Assembly: GCA_964357255.1 (NCBI GenBank)
Contig: CAYHKQ010000004.1
Location: 1 to 46,124 of the forward strand
Direction of reading: 5' to 3'
Length of the DNA stretch: 46,124 nt
DNA from: an uncultured Elusimicrobia bacterium
GTDB taxonomy: Bacteria; Elusimicrobiota; Elusimicrobia; JACQPE01
The notes beneath the pieces were generated by a model. The model saw only the letters and a list, made by a program, of their open reading frames with translations. It was not told the origin of the DNA and did not search any database. The stretch's first letter is position 1; each line of letters opens with the position of its first letter. The position numbers and the translations under genes were made by a program. Positions 24,499 to 34,328 of this stretch are shown here, piece by piece.

Positions 24499-25872
24499 AT
24501 GGACACGATTGTGGCCATTGCCACGCCTCTTGGCGTAGGCGCCCTAGGAATCGTCCGCCTCTCAGGCGAACGCTCATTTGAAATCGTTGAAACCTTCTTT
24601 GAAAGCGCTCCCCCTCTGGGCCAAGCCGCCCCCCAGCAGGCCCTGTATGGAAAAATCCTTCTCTCAACCCGGAACCCCCTGCCTCTTGACTGGGTCGTTG
24701 CCGTCAAATACGCCGCGCCCAAAAGCTATACAGGCGAAAACTCCGTAGAAATCATCGCTCACGGATCGCCCGTCATCTTAAAAAAAATTCTAAGCCTGGC
24801 CCTGAAGGCAGGCGCCAGGGAGGCGCTCCCGGGAGAATTTACGCAACGGGCCTATCTTAACGGCAAAATGGATCTGGCCCAGGCCCAGGCCGTTGCCGGA
24901 TTAATTCGCGCCGGCTCCGAGCGCGCGAGCCGTCTTTATGCCGGCGTTGTTTCAGGCCTATTGAGCGCCAAAATACGCCGGTCCGCCGGTGAGATTGTCG
25001 AGGCTTTAGCGATGATTGACGTTATGATTGACCACGCTGATGACGCGGGTCTGATCGAATCCGTCAATACAAAACTTCCCGGCCAAACAGCGCGAAGGTT
25101 GATCGGGGTTTTTGAGCAGATGATCGCGAGCTTTGAGCAACACTACAAATGGCGCGAGGGCATGAGCGTGGCCATTGTCGGCGCGCCCAACGCCGGAAAG
25201 TCCACGCTCTTGAACGCCCTGCTCGCCAAAGACCGCGCCATAGTCTCAGCCGCCCCCGGCACGACTCGAGACACCGTCGAAGATCTCGTTGAAATCAACG
25301 GCGGCCTGATCCGACTCATTGACACGGCGGGTTGGCGCGAAACTTCCGAACCCGTCGAATCGCTCGGCATCGAACGAACGCGCCTGGCCGCGGCCAACGC
25401 GGATTTAATTATCTGGGTTCGCGACGGCGCCAATGGACGGCACAAAGAAGCGCCCCTGGAAAACTTAATCGGCCGGCAAAAAATAATTTTTGAGGTTTGG
25501 AATAAATGCGATCTGACGGATTTTCAGGCGAGGAACGGGGAAGCCCGCGCCATGCCCGGTTTGGCCGGCTCATTCGTTATATCCGCCCATCGAGGCGACG
25601 GCCTCGAAGAGCTTAAATCGGCTATGGCCAAGCAAATGGAAGGAATCAACGGCGGCGAAGCCGTGGTGACCGAGGAACGGCAGGCCGATCTTCTTCGCTG
25701 TGGCCGCGAGGATTTGGAACGCGGATTAACTCACTTGGAACACAACGCCTGGGATTTAGCCGGTTTTGAACTCAGGCACGCCCTTGGCGATTGCCACGGC
25801 ATTACCGGCGAAGACGGCATTAGCGAAGAAATTTTAAGCTCGATCTTTTCTAAATTCTGTGTGGGAAAATAA
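24499..25872 (+). CDS. mnmE: tRNA modification GTPase MnmE
   Basis: N-terminus DTIVAIATP, G1 motif GAPNAGKST, DTAG, NKCD. The C-terminal FCVGK signature is present. Confidence 0.93.
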   Translation: MDTIVAIATPLGVGALGIVRLSGERSFEIVETFFESAPPLGQAAPQQALYGKILLSTRNPLPLDWVVAVKYAAPKSYTGENSVEIIAHGSPVILKKILSLALKAGAREALPGEFTQRAYLNGKMDLAQAQAVAGLIRAGSERASRLYAGVVSGLLSAKIRRSAGEIVEALAMIDVMIDHADDAGLIESVNTKLPGQTARRLIGVFEQMIASFEQHYKWREGMSVAIVGAPNAGKSTLLNALLAKDRAIVSAAPGTTRDTVEDLVEINGGLIRLIDTAGWRETSEPVESLGIERTRLAAANADLIIWVRDGANGRHKEAPLENLIGRQKIIFEVWNKCDLTDFQARNGEARAMPGLAGSFVISAHRGDGLEELKSAMAKQMEGINGGEAVVTEERQADLLRCGREDLERGLTHLEHNAWDLAGFELRHALGDCHGITGEDGISEEILSSIFSKFCVGK

Positions 25873-25918
25873 AAAAGGTTGTAGCATATAGGATAGAGGA
25901 TGTGCGCAGGAGGAGAAA

Positions 25919-26341
25919 ATGCCTAAAAAAGCCAAAACCAACAAGGCGATAAAACCCGTCAAGAAAATAGCCAAAAAACCGGTCAAAAATATAGCCCCCA
26001 AAAAAGCCTCGGATAAAAAAATTCCCGAGGGCGAACCCAAGACAGTCGTCAAGGCCAAGCCATCGGCGCCCCCCGCGCCGCTCAAGGAAGTGGTTGAGGG
26101 AACATTGCTCGGAACCGTCGAGGACTATTTCAGCCACGTGGGCGTCATCGCCGTGACCCTTCAGGATTCCTTGGTTGCCGGCGATACCGTCCGGATCAAG
26201 GGACACACGACCGATATCATTGAAAAAATCGAAAGCCTGCAAATCGAACATCAGTCCGTGACCTCGGCCAAAGCCGGGGACGGCGTCGGCATCAAGGTCA
26301 AAGACCGTTGCCGCCCGGGCGACAGGGTTTACCGGATTTAA
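25919..26341 (+). CDS. Lys/Ala/Pro-rich (histone H1-like) tail fused to an EF-Tu-domain-2-like beta-barrel
   Basis: The N-terminal 55 aa are MPKKAKTNKAIKPVKKIAKKPVKNIAPKKASDKK...KAKPSAPPAP. The C-terminal ~85 aa (GTVEDYFSHVGVIAVTLQDSLVAGDTVRIKGHTTD...IEHQSVTSAKAGDGVGIKV...GDRVYRI) resemble stand-alone translation-factor domain-2-like proteins. A strong AGGAGG RBS precedes the gene. Confidence 0.7.
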   Translation: MPKKAKTNKAIKPVKKIAKKPVKNIAPKKASDKKIPEGEPKTVVKAKPSAPPAPLKEVVEGTLLGTVEDYFSHVGVIAVTLQDSLVAGDTVRIKGHTTDIIEKIESLQIEHQSVTSAKAGDGVGIKVKDRCRPGDRVYRI

Positions 26342-26351
26342 GGCTCCCTGT

Positions 26352-27677
26352 TTGCCTAATAAAATAGAAGAGATCGCGCCGATTCAGAACGCGCGCCGAA
26401 CGCTCCCTGCGACGCCGGCGCAGGGAAGGGCGGTTTGGGCTTGGGCGTTTTATGATTTTGCCAATAGCCCCTTTGCCACGACGATCACCGCCGTTATTTT
26501 TAACGTCTATTTTGCCAAAGTCGTGGCTAAAAACGCGCCGCTTTACGGGGACACGATTTGGGGAATTCTGGTGGCGATTTCAACGTTGCTGGCCGGAATT
26601 CTGTGCCCATTCTTGGGCGCCCTGGCTGATTTGCGCGGGACCAAAAAACCCTGGCTCGCATTCTCGGCCGCGATAGGGAGCCTGGCCACCATGTCCCTTT
26701 TCTGGTCCGGACCAGGAACCCTGCTTATGTCTTCCGTTCTTTTTATAGTAGCCAATCTCAGCTTTTCTCTTTCGCTTGGATTTTATAATGCCTTCCTCAA
26801 TGATTTGGCCACGGACAAGACCATCGGCCGTGTCTCGGGCCTAGGTTGGGCCTTGGGCTATGTGGGCGGAGGGCTTTGCCTGGCCATCAATCTCGCCATG
26901 ATTCAAAAACCCGAAATCTTCGGCCTTCCCACGGCTAATGACATACCAGTGCGCATGAGCTGTCTGATCTGCGGGCTCTGGTGGGGCATTTTCACCGTCC
27001 CCCTGATCCTCTGGGTTCCTGAAAAGAAAACTTCGTCGGTCCCGGCAGATGCGTCCTGGAAAGCCGCCTGGGAACTCGTGGTCCGTTCCATTAAGAGCGC
27101 GCGCACGTACAACCGCAATCTCTTTCGCTGTTTGATCGCCTACCTTCTCTATAACGACGGCATTGAAACCGTAGTTATTATGGCCGGACTCTTCGCCAGC
27201 CAAGCGCTCGGCATGACGCAAGGCCAGATTATCGCCTGTTTTCTTATGATCCAGTTCGTAGCTTTTTTCGGCGCGATCATCTTTGGCAAATTAGGCGACG
27301 CATGGGGCAATAAGAAGGCTCTACAGTTATCCTTGACATTATGGGCCGCCGTGCTCTTTTGGGCGCTTTTTATGAAAACGCAAACGGAATTCTGGATCGC
27401 CGGCGCTTTTATCGCAATTGTTCTGGGAGGCAGTCAGTCGCTTTCCCGAAGCCTGTTCGGCAAATTGGTTCCCAAGGGCTCCGAGGCCCAGTTCTATGGA
27501 TTCCAAAATCTCTCAAGCAAAATTTCCGCGACCCTGGGCCCCCTGGCCTACGGCGTGTCGCGCGAGATTACGGGTAGCCCAAGGATTGCTATTTTATCCA
27601 TGCTGATTTTCTTCATCGCCGGGCAAGCGCTTTTAGCCGGCGTGCAGGAGTCCGCGCCGCGCCAGGCAGATGAGTGA
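26352..27677 (+). CDS. MFS transporter, UMF1/Atg22-like family
   Basis: 441 aa and polytopic. The N-terminal WAWAFYDFANSPFATTI is characteristic of this family. TTG start as in the track. Confidence 0.75.
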   Translation: MPNKIEEIAPIQNARRTLPATPAQGRAVWAWAFYDFANSPFATTITAVIFNVYFAKVVAKNAPLYGDTIWGILVAISTLLAGILCPFLGALADLRGTKKPWLAFSAAIGSLATMSLFWSGPGTLLMSSVLFIVANLSFSLSLGFYNAFLNDLATDKTIGRVSGLGWALGYVGGGLCLAINLAMIQKPEIFGLPTANDIPVRMSCLICGLWWGIFTVPLILWVPEKKTSSVPADASWKAAWELVVRSIKSARTYNRNLFRCLIAYLLYNDGIETVVIMAGLFASQALGMTQGQIIACFLMIQFVAFFGAIIFGKLGDAWGNKKALQLSLTLWAAVLFWALFMKTQTEFWIAGAFIAIVLGGSQSLSRSLFGKLVPKGSEAQFYGFQNLSSKISATLGPLAYGVSREITGSPRIAILSMLIFFIAGQALLAGVQESAPRQADE

Positions 27678-27680
27678 TTA

Positions 27681-28292
27681 ATGATGTCACAGACCCTTGG
27701 GTTAATCGGCGAACTCCTGCTTAAGCCATCGCGCTTTTTCCGCCGCATTGCCCAAGGCGAAGAACCTTGGAGATTATGCCTTGGGATTTATGCCTCCTCG
27801 ATTCTCGCGGCCGGCGTTTTCTATGCCTATAAACCCCAGGGGTTCCCCCAAGACAGCTACAGCGCCGACGTGGGCTCGCATTCCCTGAGCTTCTGGCTTT
27901 TAATGGGCGCCCTGGGCGGAATCTTAACCCTCGTCGTCGGAGCCCTCATGCGCGTTCTCTTGCGTTTCTTGGAAGGCGAATGGCGCATCAGCTTGGCTCA
28001 GATCACCCTGGTCCTTCTGGCCACCCATGTATGGTACCTCCTGCTTTTTGTCGCGCTGGCAACCGCGACCGCGGCTCATGCGCCCCAGTTTTACAAAACA
28101 GCGGAACTCGTCTTCTCGCTGATCGGGTTTATCGTCACGGTCATCGGAGTCAAAACCGTGGCCAAAACCACGGCTCCCAAGGTCGCGGTGAGCGCCGTGG
28201 TCTCGTCGTTGGCTTTAGTGGCGACCCTGTTCGGTCTCTACCTAGCCAATGCGCTTCCCTCGGACATCCTTAAAGTTCTTCTCTTTATTTAA
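27681..28292 (+). CDS. Hypothetical polytopic membrane protein (possibly Yip1-like)
   Basis: 203 aa with ~5 hydrophobic segments and no catalytic motif. The family call is weak. Confidence 0.5.
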   Translation: MMSQTLGLIGELLLKPSRFFRRIAQGEEPWRLCLGIYASSILAAGVFYAYKPQGFPQDSYSADVGSHSLSFWLLMGALGGILTLVVGALMRVLLRFLEGEWRISLAQITLVLLATHVWYLLLFVALATATAAHAPQFYKTAELVFSLIGFIVTVIGVKTVAKTTAPKVAVSAVVSSLALVATLFGLYLANALPSDILKVLLFI

Positions 28293-29546
28293 ACCGCGCA
28301 ACGGAGCGCCGAGCAAGTGGCGGCGCGCCATGTCCAAAGCAAAACACGACATACGCTCTTTTAAACGCCGGCGCTCGCCGAAAAAAAGACGCCGGCAAAT
28401 TTGCGTGCTTTGGCCCCGCCGGGCCAGGCCAAAATAAGCAAGGCCCACGGGCTTCTGTTCGGTCCCTCCGTCGGGCCCGCATATGCCGGTCACGGAAACG
28501 GCCAAATCGCCGGCAACGCGCTCGCGGATCCCTTCGGCCATCTGCCTGGCAACATCGGCGCTCACCGCGCCGAACTCTTCAAGCGTAGCCTGTAAAACGC
28601 CAAGTTCGCGCTTTTTGGCCTCATTGGAATAAGCGATCACGGCTTCCACAAAATAGGAAGAACTCCCGGGAACATTCGTGATCCGATCCGCAATCATGCC
28701 GCCAGTGCAGGATTCGGCAAGCGCGAGGGTCAATTTCTGAGCGCTTAAGAGTTCCCCCACCTTGCGCTCGGGCGTCATGCCGCCTTCTCCTAAGAGGTCG
28801 TGCCCAAAAGTCTTGGCCAGCTCGCAACGAATTTTGTCCACCACGGATTCCGCTCCTTTGCCTGAAACCTGAAAAATAAGGTCAATGACATAAGGGGAGG
28901 CCAAAATCGTGGACTCCACGCGTTCTTTAGAAAGGACATTAAGAAGCGGGCCGACCATCTCCCCCACCTTAGACTCGGTCAAAGCCATCACATGGAAAGA
29001 TTCGATCAGCATCTCTGCGTTGAAAAATTTTTTCCGAATCACGGGCATGGCCTTGGCCAGCGTGCACTCGACCTCGGCCGGCGGCCCCGGCAAAAGCAAA
29101 AAAAGCCTCGATCCCAAATCCACCATCTGCCCCGGCGCCGTTCCGGCTTCGTTGTCTAAAACCTGGGCGCCTTCCAAAATCATGGCCTGGCGCCGGTTGC
29201 TCGAAGGCATTAAAAACCTTGCCCGGCGAAAACGTTCGCGAATTCCGGCCATGAGCTCGGGCCGAGCGATGAGCCGGCGGCCCAGGGCCCTAGCCGCGGC
29301 CTCACGGCTGACATCATCAAAGGTGGGCCCGAGCCCGCCGGTCACGATCACCAATGACGCCCGTCTTAAGGCCAGGGCAATAGCCTGGGCGATTTCCGCT
29401 TCATCATCCGCCATCAAAGAGGCCCTCGCCAAACGCAGGCCAAGGGGGGCCAGAGACCTGGCCAACAGGCTCGTATGGGTGTTGTCCTTAAACGTCAAAA
29501 GCTCGGTCCCGACATGAATAGCCTCGGCCAAAGCGTTGCTCTGCAC
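28242..29546 (-). CDS. cinA: CinA: MoCF-type domain plus nicotinamide-nucleotide amidase (PncC) domain
   Basis: The N-terminal domain has VIVTGGLGPTFDDVSREA. The C-terminal CinA domain has LALAESCTGGMIADRITNVPGSS. It overlaps the convergent upstream gene by 51 nt. Confidence 0.86.
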   Translation of the reverse strand: MQSNALAEAIHVGTELLTFKDNTHTSLLARSLAPLGLRLARASLMADDEAEIAQAIALALRRASLVIVTGGLGPTFDDVSREAAARALGRRLIARPELMAGIRERFRRARFLMPSSNRRQAMILEGAQVLDNEAGTAPGQMVDLGSRLFLLLPGPPAEVECTLAKAMPVIRKKFFNAEMLIESFHVMALTESKVGEMVGPLLNVLSKERVESTILASPYVIDLIFQVSGKGAESVVDKIRCELAKTFGHDLLGEGGMTPERKVGELLSAQKLTLALAESCTGGMIADRITNVPGSSSYFVEAVIAYSNEAKKRELGVLQATLEEFGAVSADVARQMAEGIRERVAGDLAVSVTGICGPDGGTEQKPVGLAYFGLARRGQSTQICRRLFFGERRRLKERMSCFALDMARRHLLGAPLRGLNKEKNFKDVRGKRIG

Positions 29547-29600
29547 GGAAGAATTATGACAAATCGCCGGGGCGCATCTTTTAATTACAGGCTCCTTGGC

Positions 29601-30854
29601 TCAGCGAGTTGCCCGGCGGGTTGCCAGGGCCGCTAGATAGCCAACGGCCAAGATGGCGGCGCTAAAGAGGATTTCCTTAAAACTCGCATGGGAACTCAAA
29701 TAAAGAGTGGCCGCGATCCCCAAGAGAGGCAGGGTAGGCCCCAGGGGCAGACGCCAGGAATCCCCGGGGCTACCGGCTCGCGAGAGTTTCCAGGCCGCGG
29801 CGCAAGTGACGATATACTGAAGAGCCACGGTAACATTGCTTAAATCCACGAGCTTCTTGAAATCAAGCACCAGGGCCAAAACAAGGGTCGTTGCCGCATG
29901 AAGGCTCACGGCAATATAAGGCGTGCCAAAGCGCGGATGAAACTTCGTGAGCTTGGCAGGAAAAAAGCTGGTGCCCAGGGCAAGAAGATAACGCGGACCG
30001 CCAAAAGCCGCGCCCGTGGAAAATCCGATGGTGGAAATAGCGGCTCCAATCGCCACGATCCCCGCTAAAGGGCCAAGGAAAACCTGGGCCGCCTGGGCCA
30101 GAGGCTTCGTGGAACCGGCCAAGCCTGGATACGTCCCGACGGCTACAAATTGAATCAAGGCATAAATGACCGTGGCCGACAGTAGGGACAAAATAACGGC
30201 CAAGGGCGCATTGCGGCGGGCTTGATTGGCCTCGCCAGAGGGAACTGGAACGTTTTCAAAGCCCTGCAGAGCGAAAAAGGCCATAAAAACAGCGGATCCC
30301 AAACCGCCAAAACCCTCCGGGGCAAAAGGGACGAACCGGCCGGCCTTGATAAAAAATAAACCGGCCAACACAAACAAAAAAAGCGGAATCACCTTGGCGA
30401 CGGTGAACGCGTCGGCCGTGCGCACCGCGGGTTTGACGCCGACGTAATTGAGCAGACCAAGACCGGCAATGACGAGACAAGCTGAAATTTTGACCGCAAC
30501 AACGGCGGCCATCGGCTCCCAAAAATGCCCCAAGTAGGAACTGACGGCATTGGCCACGGCCGCATAACTCAAAACATTGCTCAGCCAACACATCCAGCCG
30601 ATGCCAAAGCCGGCCCAGGGGCCGAAGGCATCCCTCGCATAAAGATAGGGCCCGCCGGTCGAGTCGTACCGGCTGGCCAGAACGCTGAAACACCAGGCCA
30701 CGGGCGCCAGACAAAGCCCGGTTAACGGAAAAACCAAAATGGAGGCCGGCCCCAAATGCCCGGCTAAAAGCCCTGGGAAAAGAAAAATTCCGGAGCCGAT
30801 GATGCTATTGAGGCCCAGGCAAAAAATATCGAAGAATTTAAGCTCGCGACGCAT
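29601..30854 (-). CDS. APC-superfamily amino acid permease
   Basis: 417 aa with ~12 TM segments. The N-terminal FCLGLNSIIGSGIFLFPG motif is typical of APC transporters. Confidence 0.82.
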   Translation of the reverse strand: MRRELKFFDIFCLGLNSIIGSGIFLFPGLLAGHLGPASILVFPLTGLCLAPVAWCFSVLASRYDSTGGPYLYARDAFGPWAGFGIGWMCWLSNVLSYAAVANAVSSYLGHFWEPMAAVVAVKISACLVIAGLGLLNYVGVKPAVRTADAFTVAKVIPLFLFVLAGLFFIKAGRFVPFAPEGFGGLGSAVFMAFFALQGFENVPVPSGEANQARRNAPLAVILSLLSATVIYALIQFVAVGTYPGLAGSTKPLAQAAQVFLGPLAGIVAIGAAISTIGFSTGAAFGGPRYLLALGTSFFPAKLTKFHPRFGTPYIAVSLHAATTLVLALVLDFKKLVDLSNVTVALQYIVTCAAAWKLSRAGSPGDSWRLPLGPTLPLLGIAATLYLSSHASFKEILFSAAILAVGYLAALATRRATR

Positions 30855-30857
30855 TTC

Positions 30858-31643
30858 TTACGCGACGCCGAGGTAAGCTTCCTGAACTTTAGGATCTACA
30901 AGGAGGCGGCGGGCTTCGTCCTCGCGGGTGATTTGGCCGGTTTCAATCACGTAGGCGCGGTGGGCAATTTCCAAGGCCCGGGCCGCGTTTTGCTCGACAA
31001 GAAAAATCGTCTTGCCTTCTTGGTTGATCTTGGTGATCACCTCAAAAATCTTGTCCGTCACGACAGGAGCCAAGCCCATGGACGGTTCATCGAGCATCAA
31101 CATTTTAGGTTGCATCATCAAAGCGCGGGCAATGGCCAGCATTTGCTGTTCGCCGCCGGAGAGCGTGCCAGCTAATTGCGAACGGCGGCTCTCAAGTATG
31201 GGAAAGAGTTCAAAAGCGTGCCGGAGGTCCCTCTCGATCCCCCCGGCATCGTCTCGGACAAAAGCGCCGAGCTCTAAATTTTCCAAAACCGTCAAGCGGG
31301 CAAAAATCCGACGCCCCTCCGGCACATGGCCCAGCCCCAAACGGGAAATCTGGTGGGTCTTCAATCCGGAAATACGCCGGCCGTTAAAAATAATTTCTCC
31401 CTTTTCGAGCGGCAGAATCCCTGACACGGACTTTAGCAACGTGGTCTTGCCCGCGCCGTTGGATCCGATCAGCGCCACGATCTCGCCGGGATTAATTTGG
31501 AGGCTTACGCCTTTTAAGGCGCGAATTTTTTTACCGTAGACGACATGGACGTCATGAAGTTGGAGAATCGGCAAGCCTTTGTCGCCCTCGCCCCGTCCCC
31601 TCCCCTCAAGGGAAATGGGACGCGCAAAAAGATCAGCGGTCAT
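30858..31643 (-). CDS. livF: Branched-chain amino acid ABC transporter ATP-binding protein LivF
   Basis: Walker A GSNGAGKTT and signature LSGGEQQML. It is last in a livKHMGF-ordered cluster. I chose the ATG at 31643, which overlaps the livG end. Confidence 0.88.
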   Translation of the reverse strand: MTADLFARPISLEGRGRGEGDKGLPILQLHDVHVVYGKKIRALKGVSLQINPGEIVALIGSNGAGKTTLLKSVSGILPLEKGEIIFNGRRISGLKTHQISRLGLGHVPEGRRIFARLTVLENLELGAFVRDDAGGIERDLRHAFELFPILESRRSQLAGTLSGGEQQMLAIARALMMQPKMLMLDEPSMGLAPVVTDKIFEVITKINQEGKTIFLVEQNAARALEIAHRAYVIETGQITREDEARRLLVDPKVQEAYLGVA

Positions 31644-32463
31644 GGCGCTTGCCCAGATAGGCTTCAATCACTTGCTCGTTGCTTTGAACCTCGGCCGGAG
31701 TGCCTTGAGCAATTTTGACGCCGTGGTCTAAAACGACGATACGATCGGAAATTCCCATCACAACTTTCATGTGATGCTCAATCAATAAAATTGTGATCCC
31801 CACGTTGCGAAGAGAGCGGATCAGTTCCATCAGCCGTTCACTTTCCTTGTGATTCATGCCGGCTGAAGGCTCGTCCAAAATCAAAAGCTTAGGGCCCGTG
31901 GCCAGGGCTCGGGCAATTTCCAAACGGCGCTGATCCCCGTAAGATAAATTCTTGGCGATCTGATTGCCCAGGCCGAGCAACCCGACGGTGGCCAAGCGCT
32001 TTTTGGCCTCCTCGACAATATAAGTCTCCTGCCGCCGAAAACTGGCGAGACCCAAAAGAGCGCCCAAGAAATCATTTTTAGTCCGGCAATGCAGACCCAC
32101 CATCACGTTTTCCAGCGCCGTCATGTTGGCAAAAAGCCGAATGTTTTGAAATGTCCGAGCCAGGCCCTGGGCCACAACCTGATGGGGTTTCATGCCCCTT
32201 AAGGCCACGCCGTCAAAAAAAATCTCCCCGGCCGTGCCTGGGTAAACACCGGTTAGCACATTAAATAGGGTCGTCTTGCCGGCGCCATTGGGACCGATGA
32301 CGCTTACGATCTCACCCCTGGCCACCTCGAAGCTCACGCCTTCCAAGGCTTTGAGGCCGCCAAAATGCTGGCTCAAAGCGCGCGAGCGCAACAAGGTCGC
32401 CGATGGCTGGGTGAATTTCGCCGGATGTGCCACGGGAGCCTCCTCCAGCGCCGCGCTATCCAT
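31633..32463 (-). CDS. livG: Branched-chain amino acid ABC transporter ATP-binding protein LivG
   Basis: Walker A GPNGAGKTT and LSYGDQRRLEIARAL. I chose the ATG at 32463, which overlaps the livM stop by 8 nt; the track start 32565 adds a non-homologous extension. Confidence 0.88.
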   Translation of the reverse strand: MDSAALEEAPVAHPAKFTQPSATLLRSRALSQHFGGLKALEGVSFEVARGEIVSVIGPNGAGKTTLFNVLTGVYPGTAGEIFFDGVALRGMKPHQVVAQGLARTFQNIRLFANMTALENVMVGLHCRTKNDFLGALLGLASFRRQETYIVEEAKKRLATVGLLGLGNQIAKNLSYGDQRRLEIARALATGPKLLILDEPSAGMNHKESERLMELIRSLRNVGITILLIEHHMKVVMGISDRIVVLDHGVKIAQGTPAEVQSNEQVIEAYLGKRHDR

Positions 32464-33439
32464 CAGCCAACGCGACCTCGCGCCGCCGCGATGGGAAAAA
32501 ACCCTGCGGCCGGAATAAAACGGCCAGCACCAGCACAAGCCCAAAGAGAAAATACCGCCAATCAATCCATCGAGAGCCCACCAACGCGACCTGGAGCACC
32601 TGGGGCACGCCCCCCAAAACTACAGCCCCCAAAACTACGCCTGCAATCGAGCCCATGCCGCCCGCCACGATCATCGCGACCAGTAAAATGGACTCCCAAA
32701 ACACAAAAGATTCCGGGGTCACAAATCGCTCCCAATGAGCAAAAATCGCTCCGGCCAAGGCCGCAAAAATTCCACTGATAGTAAACGCCGCGAGCTTGAG
32801 CCGGGCCACGGCAAGGCCGGTGAGCTCGGCCGCAAGCTCATCCTCGCGAATCGCCACCCAAGCCCGCCCCAGGCGCGAGTGCTCCAATCGCCGGGAAGCA
32901 AAAATGGCGACTACAACGCCCGCTAAAATTAAAAAATAAAAATGCGTATTGGTGACAAGCGTAAAGCCGAAAATTTTTGGAGAGAAAATATTTTCCCCAA
33001 CTCGGGGCAAACCCTTGGGGCCATTGGTCAGCGCGTCTAGATTGTTAAGAACAAGCCGCGCGATCTCGCCGAATCCCATGGTGACGATGGCCAGATAGTC
33101 GCCGCGCAAACGCAAAATCGGAATTCCCACCAAGAACCGCGCCGCGAGCGTGACCGCGAGGGCGGCAAAAACCGAACCGCCGAACCCCCACCCGTGAATC
33201 GAAGCCAAGGCCGCGGCATAAGCGCCGATGGCGTAAAAAGCGATGTATCCCAAATCAAACAGCCCTGCGTAACCCAGGGTAAAATTAAGCCCCAACGCTA
33301 AAATAACATACAGGCCGACAAGGCCCGCCGAGCGGATTAAATACGCGCACGGGGTGGATTGAACCAAAAAAGGAAAAAGCGCGAGCGCCCCCATCGCCAC
33401 CCATGGCCAGACCCTGCGCCAATTAAACTTTTTCCGCAA
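32456..33439 (-). CDS. livM: Branched-chain amino acid ABC transporter permease LivM
   Basis: 327-aa polytopic protein. It sits in the LivM position and shows LivM-like repeats of Gly/Ala-rich TM segments. Confidence 0.85.
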   Translation of the reverse strand: MRKKFNWRRVWPWVAMGALALFPFLVQSTPCAYLIRSAGLVGLYVILALGLNFTLGYAGLFDLGYIAFYAIGAYAAALASIHGWGFGGSVFAALAVTLAARFLVGIPILRLRGDYLAIVTMGFGEIARLVLNNLDALTNGPKGLPRVGENIFSPKIFGFTLVTNTHFYFLILAGVVVAIFASRRLEHSRLGRAWVAIREDELAAELTGLAVARLKLAAFTISGIFAALAGAIFAHWERFVTPESFVFWESILLVAMIVAGGMGSIAGVVLGAVVLGGVPQVLQVALVGSRWIDWRYFLFGLVLVLAVLFRPQGFFPSRRREVALADG

Positions 33440-34319
33440 CGCGCTCCCCCAGAAGCCCGGATGGCCGCACCAGCAACACGCCGATCAACACCACAAATGC
33501 GATCACGTCCTTCCATTGATTGCCGTCCGGCAGATACCCGGCCGCCATCACTTCCAAAATCCCAAGCACAAAGCCGCCCAGCACGGCTCCGGCGATATTG
33601 CCGATGCCGCCCAAAACTGCCGCTGTAAAGGCCTTGACCCCGGGAAGAAAACCAAGATTGTATTTGATCGAACCGTAATAAAGGCCATTTAACACCCCCG
33701 CCGCTCCGGCCAAGGCTCCGCCCACTAAAAATGTAAACGCGATAATCCGGTCGCCGTCAATGCCCATCAAGCCGGCGGTGGGAATATCCTCCGCGCAGGC
33801 CCTCATGGCCTTGCCCATTTTCGTGTACTGGATAACCACATGAAGGAGGGTCATCAGGAGAAGCGCCGTAGCCACGATCGCGGCTTGAAGATGGCTGATT
33901 TCCACGGAACCTAAAACAAAATTCCGATCAGAGATAAAATGCGGGTAAGGAATGGATTGATTGCTGATCCAAAGAAAAACCCCGTTGGAAATCATAATGG
34001 AAACGCCGATGGCGGAAATCAGGGGAGCCAGGCGCATCGCCTTTCGCAAGGGCCGGTAGGCGAAGCGCTCCACCAAGACGCCGACCAAACCCGCGCCGGC
34101 CATCGCGGCTAAAAAGGCCACCGCGATAGCGGCCCATTCTCCCCCCCAGGAAGAAACCAAGGCCGAAGCGCCTAAACCGATAAAAGCGCCTAGCATTAAA
34201 ATATCCGAATGGGCAAAATTGATCATCATGAGAATGCCGTAGACGAGCGTATAGCCCAGGGCAATCAAAGCGTAAATGGATCCAAGGACCAATCCATTGA
34301 CAAGTTGCTGAAAAAACAC
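33423..34319 (-). CDS. livH: Branched-chain amino acid ABC transporter permease LivH
   Basis: The N-terminus MFFQQLVNGLVLGSIYALIALGYTLVYG is the canonical LivH start. It uses a GTG start codon. Confidence 0.88.
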   Translation of the reverse strand: MFFQQLVNGLVLGSIYALIALGYTLVYGILMMINFAHSDILMLGAFIGLGASALVSSWGGEWAAIAVAFLAAMAGAGLVGVLVERFAYRPLRKAMRLAPLISAIGVSIMISNGVFLWISNQSIPYPHFISDRNFVLGSVEISHLQAAIVATALLLMTLLHVVIQYTKMGKAMRACAEDIPTAGLMGIDGDRIIAFTFLVGGALAGAAGVLNGLYYGSIKYNLGFLPGVKAFTAAVLGGIGNIAGAVLGGFVLGILEVMAAGYLPDGNQWKDVIAFVVLIGVLLVRPSGLLGERVAEKV

Positions 34320-34328
34320 ATCAATACG

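Noticed and set aside
24186-24722. Long ORFs antisense to, or out of frame with, confident genes. Examples: 24186-24722(-), 24176-24667(-), 19332-19955(-), 28909-29517(+), 4838-5329(+), 31012-31539(+), 6291-6791(-), 42031-42540(+), 30256-30714(-), 44050-44511(-).
   Set aside because: All lie fully within well-supported genes on the other strand or in another frame. Their products are Arg/Pro/Gly-rich and low in complexity, as expected of shadow ORFs in moderately GC-rich DNA. None has an RBS or recognisable motif.
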